DNA of 64,000 nt, taken from NCBI GenBank assembly GCA_030264375.1, contig JASCQW010000137.1, positions 30,151,465 to 30,215,464 on the forward strand, read 5' to 3'. The translations under genes were made by a program, and so were the position numbers. Positions 23,325 to 35,130 of the stretch are shown here, piece by piece. This DNA comes from Carcharhinus longimanus (taxonomy: Eukaryota). The notes under the pieces were generated by a model. The model had not been told where the DNA came from and ran no database searches. It was given only the letters and a program-made list of their open reading frames with translations. Each line of letters begins with the position of its first letter. Positions within the stretch are counted from its first letter, which is position 1.

Positions 23325-23840
23325 AAGGATAGCTGAACATGCAAGAGAGCAGAATCTCAGATTTTCCAACGCTGAACTGAAGGTCTTGGTGGAGAAGGTG
23401 CAAATGAGGATAGATGTCCTGAATCCATAGGGGACCAGAAGGCCCTTCAGACACTTGGTGGAAAGGCATTTGGTGGCACTTGGTGGAGCAGATAGCTGCA
23501 GAAGGCAATGCCACACATTTGCACTAGACGCATTGGCACTGAATGTTTTATTAGCTTAAATGAGTGCTGCAGGTCAGTGAATGCATCTTCAAATGCTGTA
23601 TTCTATGAGCTGTACCTGTAGCCTCAACCACATCTCAAATTCTCACATCCTTATTGCTTACCAACCATCAATCTCTGCCACAATTCATTCCTCAACATTT
23701 GTCTGCATCACTTATTTCATACATAACACCATTGCTAAGCTTGCATCCATAGCCTGCACAGACTGGCAATTATTCAATCATGGCACTTGCATCACACATG
23801 CATATTGCTCTCCCCTCTCTTTTGCAGGAGAAGATGCTGG
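23325..23840 (+). pseudogene. Third decayed Harbinger Myb/SANT-like gene
   Basis: AEHAREQNLRFSNAELKVLVEKVQMRIDVLNP; donor CAG|GTCAGT (~23573); acceptor CTCTCTTTTGCAG|GAGAAG (23827), then cut by CR1. Confidence 0.65.
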
Positions 23841-23879
23841 ATATAGATAGATTGAATATCGATGCTGGATATAGATAGA

Positions 23880-24690
23880 TTCGAGATGTGGGCATAGAAA
23901 TGGCAGATGGAGTTTAATCTGGGCATTCTGGAGGATTAAATTTAGATACAAATTATACCATAAATAGCAGAACCCTTAGGGACATTAGCATACAGAGGGA
24001 TCAGGACGTGCAGGTCCACTTATCCCTAAAAGTGGCCAAGGTAATTAAGAAAGTATACGGTATGCTTGCCTTCACCAGCCAGGGCATTGAGTACAGGAGT
24101 TGGGAAATCATTTTGCAGCTATGTAAAGCTTTGGTGAGGCTGCATTTGGAGCATTGCATGCAGTTCTGGTCACCACATTAATCGGAAGGATGTGGAAGCT
24201 TTGGACAGAGTACAAAGAAGAATTACCAGGATGTTGCCTGGTCTCAATGGTGTTGGCTATGAGAAAAGGTTGAACAAACTAGAATTATTTTCATTGGAAA
24301 GAGGGGGGCTGAGGGGACACCTGATAGACGGCTATAAAATTGTGAGAGGCACAGACAGAGTGGATAGTCAGAGGCTTTTTCCAAGGATAGAAGTGTCAAT
24401 CACAAGAGGTTCCCAGGTTTATGATGAGAGGGGGATAGTTTAAAGGAGAAGTGCGAGGGAAGCTTTTCATGCAGAGAGTGTGGGTGCCTGGAACATGCTG
24501 CCAGAGGATGTGAAGGAAGTAGGCACATTAGCAACATTTAAGAGGCATCTGAATGGGTGAATGAGTAGGGAGGAAATAGAAGGACAAGGACTGAGTTAGG
24601 GCATTTTTTTTTTAGTGAGGGCATCATGACTGGCATAAGCTTGGAGGGCCGAAGGGCCCACTCCTGTGCAGTACTTTTCTTTGTTCTTTG
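23880..24690 (+). mobile_element. CR1 (HER1-like) LINE, 5'-truncated
   Basis: EALDRVQRRITRMLPGL...LRGHLIDGYKI; tail GGGCCGAAGGGCC...TTTGTTCTTTG. Confidence 0.92.
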
Positions 24691-25498
24691 GAGTTTAATT
24701 TAGATAAATGCAAGGTAATGCATTTTGGCAGATCGAAGCAGGGTAGGACTTATTCAGTTAATGGTAGGGCTTGGGGAGAGTTATAGAACAAATTGATTTA
24801 GGGGTACAGGTTCATAGCTGCCTGAAAGTGAAGTCAGGGGTAGATAGAGCAATGAAGAAGGCATTCGGCATGCTTGGTTTCATTTTGCAGCTATGTAAAG
24901 CCTGAATACAGGAGTTGGGACGTCTTGTTGAAGTTGCACAGACACTGGTAATACTTGGAATAATGTGTTCAGTTCTGGTCACCCTATCATAGAAAGGATA
25001 ATGTTAAACTAGAAAGGATGCAGAAAAGATTTACTAGGATGCTGTCGAGACTTGATGATTTGAGTTATAAGAAGAGGTTGTATAGACTGGGACTTTTTTC
25101 CCTGGAGCGTAGGAGGCTTGGGGGTGATCTTTTCAAGGTCTATAAAATAATGAGGGGCATCAATGAGGGGCTACATAGTCAACATCGTTTGCCAGGGGAG
25201 TCCAAAACCAGAGGGCATAGGTTTACGGTGAGAGGGCAGAGATACAAAAGGGTCCAGAGGGGCAATTTTTTCACACAGAGGGTGCTGAGTGATTGGAAGG
25301 AACTGTCAGAGGTAGCAGTAGAAGTGGGTACAATTTTATCTTTTAAAAAGCATTTAGACAGTTACATGGGTAGATTGGTATAGAGGGATATGGGCCAAAC
25401 ATTGACAATCAGGGTTAGCTTAATGGTAAAAACTGAGCAGCATGGCCAAGTTGGGCCAAAGGGCCTGTTTCCATGCTATAAATTTCTATCACTGTATG
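24691..25498 (+). mobile_element. Second CR1 LINE, 5'-truncated, head-to-tail with the previous one
   Basis: MQKRFTRMLSRL...ERRRLGGDLFKVYKIM...TRGHRF...FFTQRVLSDW...FKKHLD; tail GGGCCAAAGGGCCTGTTTCCATGCT. Confidence 0.92.
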
Positions 25499-25784
25499 GC
25501 CTGTGGTAATGCTAATGTAAAGTGATGTACATGCAGTCAATTGTACCCTGACCCATGGTGTACTCTGAAAACCTAACAAATCCTTGCATTTCCTCTGGCA
25601 AGGGAGAATGAAATGAAGTTATATGTCTTTGAATAGAGAACGGAAATGACCTTCCTTACACAACAACTGCTTTCAACCTGGAAGCAGCCAAAAGAGCACC
25701 TTAGCACCCCCAAAGCTATTCTAGGACCATATCCAAAGGGGTACCTCAGCTCTCTATAGGAGCAGCCTAGCTGTGCAAATGAAG

Positions 25785-27099
25785 TAGAAATGCCTGCGTT
25801 GGACTGGGGTAAGCACAGTAAGAAGTCTCACGACACCAGTTTGAAGTTCAAAAGGTTTATTTAGCACTAGCTTTTGAAGTCTCAGGCTCCTTCATCAGGT
25901 GAGTGAGGACTTGTGTTCACAAACAGGACATATATAGACACAAAATTAATTTACAAGATAATGGTCAGAATGCGAGTCTTTACAGGTAATCAAGTCTTAA
26001 AGGTACAAACAATGTGAGTGGAGAGCAGGCCAAGCACAGGTTAAAGAGATGTGTATTGTCTCCAGCTAGGACAGTTGGTGAGAATTTGCAAACCCAGACA
26101 AGTCATGGGGGTTACAGATAGTGTGACATGAACCCAAGGTCCCGGTTGAGGCCATCCTCAAGTGTGCAGAATTTGGCTTTCCGTTTCTGCTCAGCGATTC
26201 TTCGTTGTCGTGTGCCGTGAAGGCCACCTTGGAGAACACTTACCCAAAGATCAGAGGCTGAATGCCTGTGACTGCTGAAGTGTTCCACAACTGGAAGGGA
26301 ACACTCCTGCCTAGTGATTGTTGAGCGGTGTTCATTCATTCATTGTCATAGCGTCTGCATGGCCTCCCTAATGTACCATGCCTCGGGGCATCCTTTCCTG
26401 CAGCGTATCAAGTAGACAACATTGGCCAAGTCGCAAGAGTATGTACCGTGTACCTGGTGGATGATGTTCTCACATGAGATGATGGCATCCATGTCGATGA
26501 CCTGGCACATCTTGCAGAGGTTGCTGTGGCAGGGTTGTGTGGTATCATGGTCACTGTTCTCCTGAAGGCTGGGTAATGTGGTGTGGACAATGGTCTGGTT
26601 GAGGTTGTGTGGTTGCTTGAAGGCAAGTAGTGGGGGTGTGGGAATGGCCTTGGCGAGATGTTTGTCTTCATTGATGACATGTTGAAGGCTCAGGAGAAGA
26701 TGTCGTAGCTTCTCTGCTCTGGGGAACTACTGGACGACAGTGTCCGCTGTGCCCCGTGTTTGTCTTCTGAGGAGGTCGGTGTGGTTTTCCACTGTGGCAC
26801 ATCAGAACTGTCAATCAATGAGATGAGTGCCATGTCCTGTTCTTATGAAGGCGTATTTCAGTGTATGTAAGTGTCTGTTGTGATCCTTCTCATCTGAGCA
26901 GACCCTGTGTATATGAAGGTCTTGATTATCTGTAAAGACTTCCATTCCTAACATTATTTTGTAAATTGAGTTTGTGTCTGTATATGACCTGTTTGTGAAC
27001 ACAAGTCCTCACTCACATGATGAAGGAACTTGAGACTCCGAAAGCTAGTGCCAAATAAACCCTGTTGGTCTTTAACCTGGTGTTGTGAGACTTCTTACT
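25785..27099 (-). mobile_element. Penelope-like retroelement (GIY-YIG endonuclease remnant) with inverted pseudo-LTRs
   Basis: Minus strand YIREAMQTL..MNEHRSTITRQECSLPVVEHFSSHRHSASDL (GIY-YIG); ~150-bp inverted repeats at 25813-25970 and 26945-27103; flanking CT(G/A)TGCAAATGAA duplication. Confidence 0.9.
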
Positions 27100-28459
27100 A
27101 TGCAAATGAATCCATGAAGTTCAGTCCTTCTCTTATCTGCACACATCAGATGTCACACTCCAGGGATACCAAAATCCCTCTTCAGTGGAAGCAATTAGAG
27201 ATTGAAATGGCCAGCTGTAAACCTTGGCATGACTCCAATCCTGTCAGCAAAGATTGTGCTTGCGGGCGGAACTTCCAATTTCTGGTTCAATCCAGCATTT
27301 TTGCTCCGCTGGAGAGACTCTCCAGACCTTAGATGGAAACTTGAGCACATGAATGACCTGATCAGTATCAACAGTGTCATTGTGTATGTGATTGACAGTC
27401 TTTCAGCTTTCTTTAATTACGTGTCATGTTATCAGTCAAAATTCCACAGATCACTGCAATGGAACAATGGAAGTGAAAATGATTTGGCATGTAAAGAAAA
27501 TATTTTAAATGTGTTTAGTTCCAACCTAAATTTATAAAATGTGCGAATTTAGGCACGCTCTCACATTTTAAATTGTGAATTGTAAGGGATTTGTATTGCG
27601 TGAACAATGATGGGCTGCATCATTAGATTGCCAAAGTGTGGAACCGTTTTACTGAGAATTACGATAAAATAATACAGAAAAGGTATCTACTCCACAGGGT
27701 AGAAATCAAATCCAGGCTGACTTTTGAACTGAACACCCATGACATCTAGCCCAAATGATTAATGGAGCATTCCCATTTCAAAAGTACTTTTCCAGTAACA
27801 CAATTTTCTCAATGGGTTCACGCCAAGATGTTTCTCAATTACCTATTTTAAAGTATATTGCAAAAGAGTAATTGGAAGACCAGAAAATAGGAACGCTGCA
27901 TAGCATATTCCATGCTTTGACCAGATTTTGTGATGAGCAGCAAAGGACTGACATTCGTCATTCATTACCCTTATAGTTACTCACAGGTGTTTCATGAACA
28001 TTTGAGCATGAACTTGCAGTAAGTAGATGTTTGTTTCAAATGGGGCTCTCGACTTTGACTTGTGCCATGGGTGAACAGATCAAGTAACATTGTGTCTCTT
28101 TAACCGACTAGAGTTAAGAATCCTCTTAGACATACAGTGTAAGTTAGTCAAAACCCACTCACTTGAACAGAATTAAAATTAGAGTGTATATCACAAAACG
28201 TGAATTAGAACATCTAATTCAATGTCAAAAAAATTAGCTATAGAAAATGCAATAAAGAAAGGGAAGTAAAATTGAGATGGAGAGACGAGAGAGTTAGAGA
28301 TGGAAATAAATGAAAAAAAACTTACATTTTCCATTATTAAAATCTCCACAACAATTAAATTCTAAAGGAATGATACTCCACACTTGAAAAAGTTAAATTT
28401 TCTGTGTCAGAGAGGCTGTTGAAATTAGTTAAGACTTAACATGTGAATTTAGAAAAATG

Positions 28460-28835
28460 CGCAAGGACCTCATTGAAATATATAACATATTACCAAGGCT
28501 GGGTGCAGGGTTATTATACCCTCTGGCCAGGCACCAAAAACAAGGGGCCATGGTGTCAAGATACAGGGTTGATCAAATATGAAGAAACATCCTCACTCAG
28601 AGGTAGCTATCCTATGAAATTCTCTACCACAGAAGGCCGTGGAGGCCAAGTCACTGAATATACTTAAGAAGGAATTAGATAGATTCTAGACTCTAAAGGT
28701 GTCAAGAGATCTGGGAAGAGTGCTGGGACATGGCATTAAGATAAAGGATCAGCCATGATCACGTTGAATGGTGGGGCATGCTCGAAGGATTAAATGGCCT
28801 TCTCCTACTCCTATTTTTCTATGTTCTTCATTTCT
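28460..28835 (+). mobile_element. Degenerate CR1 3' end
   Basis: GATCAGCCATGATC...GAATGGTGGGGCA...AAATGGCCTTCTCCTACTCCTATTTTTCTATG tail. Confidence 0.8.
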
Positions 28836-29149
28836 ATAAAAATAATTTACACCAGAATGTATCAGCCTTAATTTTTGCTGATGTCTTTAGTGACTAACTC
28901 GTGGGTAAATGCTGCAACTTCATGCCTTTCATGTTGTTGTATGTGTCTGAGAGGTATCAGTAGAATGAAGCTTGTGGAGAAGCGAGGCAAGTTGAACAGG
29001 AACTTCTAAATTGTCCAATTAAGCTTCAAATGTGCAGATGTCAACATTTTGTGTCCAATTTACTCCATAATCATGGTGAGTGCTGATAGCTTCACCATCA
29101 TTCCGACTGCAAAATCTAGATTTGTATTAAATCTTTCAGTGTCTCTTCC

Positions 29150-29464
29150 CCTTCATGTTGCCAGGGCTAGAAGAGTGTAGCTTTGAGGACATATTGGATA
29201 GGTTGGGGATATTTTCCTTGAGACAAAGAAGGCTAAGGGGTGACTTGATTGAGGTATAGAAAATTATGAGGGGATGAGATAAAGTGGACAGGATAAAATT
29301 GTTTTCCTTGGTGGAGAACTCTAGTATCAGGGGACATAGATTTAAGGTAAGTGGCAGTAGGTGTGGTGGGGACATGAGGGGATTAAAGGTTATGGGGAGA
29401 GGGCGGGAATGTGGAACTGAGCCAAGACAGATCAGCCATGATCTTATTGAATGGCGGGGCAGGC
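29150..29464 (+). mobile_element. CR1 3' fragment with internal deletion, ends at gap
   Basis: RRLRGDLIEV and IRGHRFKV motifs. Confidence 0.85.
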
Positions 29465-30344
29465 NNNNNNNNNNNNNNNNNNNNNNNNNNNNNNNNNNNN
29501 NNNNNNNNNNNNNNNNNNNNNNNNNNNNNNNNNNNNNNNNNNNNNNNNNNNNNNNNNNNNNNNNNNNNNNNNNNNNNNNNNNNNNNNNNNNNNNNNNNNN
29601 CTCAGGCCATTTCTGCATTACAAAATTATTTTACCTAATGTTACAATTGCTATTTTTAAATTTTAACTTGCCTCTAATTTGAAATTGAAAAGGGGCCAAT
29701 GATTTGATTTATTACTGTCACACGTAAAGTGAAAGGTATTGTTCTTATGTGCTAAACAGACAAAGCATACTGTTTATAGAGAAGGAAAGGAGTAGGTGCA
29801 GAATGGAATGTCATTGTCATAGCTAGGGTGTAGAGAAAGATCACTTAATATATTCAAAAGCCTGATGGCACATATTTCACCACTTGACCTTTGAATGAGA
29901 TGTGAACATTTCAACCTCTGCCCAGCAGCAGGAAGAAAAATCTTCAAAAATAAAATTGTGTTGCGTTAATACAAATTCTAATTACATTGTGGCGATTTAA
30001 TTAAAGCAAAATCTACATATATGTTTCTCTCATCGAAAATGTGATTATATTGGAAAGAAAGTCTCCACTCTCACTTCAATTACTGGCACTTGTTGGCCTA
30101 TGATCTGATCAAACTGAGACAAAAGAGTTGCACTGGCAATTAGCACACTGCCAATTGTTACCCATTGACAGGTAGACAATGGTCATACTTCCTAGTTGAG
30201 TTCACACTGGCAAATATTTCAGTATAAATGTGCTGGGACATATTACAGTCCTACTTACTTGAGGCAATGGTATCATATATAATATATAAAAGCCAAATTA
30301 AAAGATAAATAGATACAATAAAAAGATACAATAAATAAAAATAA

Positions 30345-30800
30345 AAGATTTATGTCGATGACATCTTTGTCACTCTAACCCTTCCTCAACCTTACAGTAT
30401 AAATCTGTCCTGTTTTTGTCTTCAGCTCTGACGAAGAATCATCCAGACTCAACATTAGCTCTATTCTCTCTCCATAGATGCTGTCAGAACTGCTGGTCTG
30501 AGGGGCATAACTATAAGGTTCATGATGGGAGATATAGGAGGGATGTCTGAGGTGGGTTCTTTACTCAGAGAGTGGTTGGGGTGTGGAATGCGCTGCCTGT
30601 TGTGATAGTGGAGTCGGACACTTTGGGAACTTTCAAGTAGTTATTGGATAGACACATGGAGCACACCAGAATGATAGGGAGTGGGATAGCTCGATCTTGG
30701 GTTCGGACGTAACTCGGCACAATATCGAGGGCTGAAGGGCCTATACTGTGCTGTACTGTTCTATGTTCTACACTGAGATTCTCCAGCATTTTCTGTTGTG
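30345..30800 (+). mobile_element. Penelope-type pseudo-LTR fragment with a CR1 3' end (~30497-30770) inserted in it
   Basis: CTCTGACGAAGAATCATCCAGACTC...GATGCTGTCAGAACTGCTG [CR1] CTGAGATTCTCCAGCATTTTCTG. Confidence 0.7.
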
Positions 30801-30807
30801 TGAGCAC

Positions 30808-31288
30808 AGAATCATAGAATCATAAAATCCCAACAGTGCAAAACAAGGCCACTCAGCCCATCGAGCCTGCACTGACAACAATCCCACCCATGTCCTATCC
30901 CCATCACCCCACATATTTATCTTCCAGACTCTAAGGGACAATTTAGCACGGTCAATCAACCTAATCTGCACATCTTTAAAGATTTTAAAGTTTGTTTATT
31001 AGTGTCACAAATAGGCTTAAAGTAACACTGCAATTAAGTTACTGTGAAAATCCCCTAGTTGCCGCATTCCAGTGCCTGTTTGGGTACACTGAGGGAGAAT
31101 TTAGCATGGCTAATGTACCTAACCAGTTCGTCTTTTGTACTATGGGAGAAAACCGGAGCGCCCACAGGAAACCCATACAGACATGGGGAAATTGTGCAAA
31201 CTCCACACTGTTATCTGAGGCCAGAATTGAACCCAGGTCCTTGACACTGTGAGGCAGCTGTGCTAATTACTGTGCCACTGTGCCACCT
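30808..31288 (-). mobile_element. Adjacent SINEs: type A tail (30808-30978) and type B copy (30985-31288)
   Basis: Reverse complements of both tail types and one tRNA head. Confidence 0.88.
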
Positions 31289-32057
31289 TAAATAATATGT
31301 AATAATGTATACACTTACTGTTACAGATTCTATGTTGTCTCATTTTTCCAGTCTGGGTGTTTTTACTAAGGGAGAAAAGAAGGTGAAGGATTACTGATAA
31401 AGAAGAAGAAAGTTGTATTTCTAATTTACTGCATGCATGACTCACCAACCACAAATCCAAAAGTGCCAAGAGGGTGGACAGTAACGGACAGTAACAATTC
31501 TGTGATATGATGAAGTATTTTTCATTCAAAAAACAGCAGAGAAAACTGTCACACTCATTCTGCCAGTCCACAAAGACTCACTGTAAGTCACCAGTACCAG
31601 TCCGTCACTGCAAAAGTTGTTCTACTTAATTTCATTCTCTCTGCTCACAGTTCAGTGATACCATCAGATCCACCAAAAAAAAGGCAACGACTGCCAAATT
31701 GCAACACAAAAGAGAGTGCACTTGTCTGCTTGGAGGTCCAGTGGTGCCGAGGTTGGGGAGACTTAGCAATGTGTATCTTTAGATAAAGAGTTTGGATGAA
31801 GATGATATTAAAACCTTATAGTTTGCCATATAGGTGGAATATGAACCAAATTCAACAGTGAGTTGGGGGAATGTTTAAAACAGAATGAAGTGGGGATGAA
31901 TAGGGCTAGGGAACACAAACTTTTTTTTACCTGGGATGCATCTTGCCCAGAGCTATTTTGCATTTTTAAGAAATGGTGTGAGTCTCTCCATCTGGGATGG
32001 AATTAGAATGGTTGAATGGTCCCAGCGCTGAATGAGACCATTTGGCTCATTGTGTCA

Positions 32058-32268
32058 AGTTTATTTGCTAGTCACAAGTAGATTCACATTAACACAGCAA
32101 TGAAGTTATTGCGAAATTCCTCCAGTCACCACAGCCCAGCACCTGTTCGGGTCAATGCACCTAACCAGTATATTTTTCAGACTTNNNNNNNNNNGACAGT
32201 GACCTAAACCGGGGATCGAACTCAGGTCTCTGGCGCTGTGAGGCAGCATGCTAACCACAGTGCTACCT
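32058..32268 (-). mobile_element. HE1-type SINE tail B (10-N gap inside)
   Basis: Tail and head motifs. Confidence 0.8.
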
Positions 32269-32849
32269 GTGTGTCAGCGCCCGGTCCGCTGTCCCACACC
32301 CACTCCTTTTCCTTCTACTCCTGCGAAGCATTCCTCTGCAGGCAAGTCTATTAAACCTCCTAGTTCCAGTGCCCGGCGGTAACGTGAGTGGGTAGATCAA
32401 CAGCTTTTCTGCCCCCGAGTTACACACTCCTCTTTGTTCACTGGTCTGCAGCGAGGCAGGGGGGGGGAGGATGGAGAAATATTGAAAAGGATGATTATTG
32501 TGAGGGTCGGGGGAACTGGGGCTAAATGTATGGCGCTCTCGGTGAGCTACCCTGGGACGGATGGGCTAAACAGCTCCATTCTGTTCTGTACAATCCTAAA
32601 TTGATTGTCAGTTTTAAAGAATATAAGTGAAAAGTGAATCAAGTGGTGATAGTAGCAACAGAGACAGGAGGAACAGTTAATCTTGTTCTGTATTGCTTAG
32701 CACACATAAACTGAAACAATATTAAACAAAGGAATAGCAAGTGTATTTAAGATTATCTAAGCATAATGTGCTCTGGGGTCCAAGAAAAAAAATCCGATCC
32801 AAAGGAATTCCGAACATTTTTTATTAAACGAAGCGATGTAAAAATAAAA

Positions 32850-33519
32850 AAAAATTGACAGCTCTGTGATGTGGGGCGTTTCCTTTCTGGGATTTCCCTC
32901 AGCTCTCCCTCCTAAATGAACGGTGGTTATTAAATCACAATGTTTAAACTGAGCAGGAGCAGTGAGCAGACACACACACACGGCATCTTCCTCCTCACTT
33001 ACTTACTGGCTGAGAAAAGAGCAGCGGGAGCCACAAATGAAAGAAGCGATGACTCCGAGTGTTGGCGTTTCAGAGAGGGGTAGCCAGAGCCCGCCTCATC
33101 CGCCGCATATGTAGAGCTGGGCAGGACGGAGTGGGGGTGGGGGAGAAGGAAACACCACCAGAGACATTCCCTCACCCACACTGAGCTCCAGCAGCCCCGG
33201 CAAGCCCGGCTCTCTGGCACTGAGCAGCTCAAAGTGCTCTGGCCAGCGCTCAGTGACTCACTGAGCTGCGCCCTCTGCGGAATCGGATAGAAAGAAAAAG
33301 CTGAAAGCTATCTCCAGGACTCCGTCTCTTGACTCTGCAACATCACATGGCTTGTCAATTCTACCAGGAGATGTGACCTGTAAGTTTGCTTGGATGCTGC
33401 TCTGCCGCCTGAAAGAAACTTACTGGTACATTTTAAAGTCTAAACGCTGTTATTTTGTAAACTTTCTTTGCGGTTGACTCTAGTCTTCTACCTCTGAGCC
33501 ACACACACTCAACACGCAG
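32850..33519 (+). promoter_or_regulatory. Putative promoter / 5' UTR of the first urotensin receptor gene, with candidate UTR intron 33380-33483
   Basis: Repeat-free, GC/CpG-enriched stretch; donor CCT|GTAAGT at 33380; T-rich acceptor ending CTCTAG at 33483, 36 nt before the ATG. Confidence 0.45.
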
Positions 33520-34374
33520 ATGGCCACCGAAGCTGGCCTCCCCGACTGGAACATTAGCACCATTGGCAGTAACCTCACCCTCACTGACCGGCTGCCCACT
33601 GCAGCGGACTCGGTGGAGGAGTTAATCGTGACTTGTTCCATTGGGATTATTCTCTCCCTCATGTTTATCATCGGGGTGGCGGGCAATGTGTACACTTTGG
33701 TGGTGATGTGCCACTCCATGAGGTCCGCCGCCTCCATGTACATCTATATCATCAGCCTGGCACTGGCTGACCTGCTGTACCTCTCCACCATCCCCTTCAT
33801 CGTCTTCACCTACTTTGTCAAGGGCTGGTACTTCGGGGACATTGGCTGCCGCATCCTGTTCAGCGTTGACTTCCTGACCATGCACGCCAGCATCTTCACC
33901 CTGACTGTCATGAGCACTGAGCGCTACCTGGCCGTGGTCAAACCCCTGGACACGGTCAAGAGATCCAAGAGTTACAGGAAGGCTATCGCCGTGGTGATCT
34001 GGCTGGCTTCCTTGCTGCTCGCTCTGCCCATGATCATCATCATCAAGTTGATACAAATCCGAGGTAAGGACATCTGCGCTCCCACCTGGAGCCTCCAGGT
34101 CTTCAGAATTTACATGACCGTCCTGTTCACCACCAGTATTTTAGCCCCCGGGATGATCATTGGCTATTTGTACATTAGGCTAGCCCGGACTTACTGGCTC
34201 TCCCAGGTGACTACCTTCAACGATAAGCAAACCAAGCGCTCTCCAAACCAGAAAGTCCTCTACATGATCTTCGCCATCGTCCTGGCCTTCTGGGCTTGTT
34301 TCCTGCCCTTCTGGGTCTGGCAGATGATTGAGCATTACCAGTCCCCCCTACCCTTGTCAAAGAAGACCAGGGGT
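33520..34374 (+). CDS. UTS2R: Urotensin-II receptor (UTS2R1-like), TM1 to ECL3; 3' end lost in assembly gap
   Basis: N-glycosylation sequons NIS/NLT; GNVYTL, LALADLLY, DFLTMHASIFTLTVMSTERY, RLARTYWLSQ, FWACFLPFWVWQ are diagnostic of UTS2R; uninterrupted frame up to the Ns at 34375. Confidence 0.93.
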
Positions 34375-34474
34375 NNNNNNNNNNNNNNNNNNNNNNNNNN
34401 NNNNNNNNNNNNNNNNNNNNNNNNNNNNNNNNNNNNNNNNNNNNNNNNNNNNNNNNNNNNNNNNNNNNNNNNNN

Positions 34475-34546
34475 GAATGGCGGGGCAGGCTCGAAGGGCC
34501 AGATGGCCTACTCCTGCTCCTATTTCTTATGTTCTTATGTTCTTAT
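34475..34546 (+). mobile_element. CR1 3' tail right after the gap
   Basis: GAATGGCGGGGCAGGCTCGAAGGGCCAGATGGCCTACTCCTGCTCC(TTCTTATG)n, near-identical to 62836-62898. Confidence 0.9.
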
Positions 34547-34823
34547 ATTGAGAGTTTCGTATTCCAGAATTCTTACAGTCCTGGAAATCTATCCATCAAA
34601 GTGCAGCCTATAGAGAGTATACTGAGCAGACAATCAATGAACGGATTCACTTGGCAAAATCGGAGCGTGATGTTCAAAAACCAGAAAACTAAATCAGCTG
34701 TGGACAGATAAAGGCAATCATTTCTCAGGCTGAGAATGAGCTTTCTCTGGCATACAATATGGCCAAGTGGAAACCCTCAGGAACCCTTAACAGAAGGAGC
34801 CCTTCACAATCAATGGAAATGGT

Positions 34824-35130
34824 GGGCGGCATGGTGGCACAATGGTTAGTGCTGCTGCCTCAGCGCCAGGGACCTGGTTCAATTCCTGGTTGGTTCACTG
34901 TCTGTGCAGAGTCTGCATGTTCTCCCTGTGTCTGCGTGGGTTTCCTCTGGGTGCTCCGTTTTCCTCCCACAATCCAAAGAGATGCTGGCTAGGTGCATTG
35001 GCCATGCTAAATTCTCCCTCAGTGCACCCGAACAGGCACTGGAGTGTGACAATGAGGGGATTTTCACAGTAACTTCATTGTAGTGTTAATGTAAGCCTAC
35101 TCGTGACACTAATAAAATAAACTTTAACTT
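34824..35130 (+). mobile_element. HE1-type SINE tail B between the two receptor genes
   Basis: Full head, V domain and tail. Confidence 0.92.

Noticed and set aside
34475-34711. Apparent C-termini of receptor 1 after the gap (MAGQARRARW... or ...QKTKSAVDR)
   Set aside because: Read through Ns into a CR1 tail and flanking DNA; no TM7 or UTS2R tail similarity
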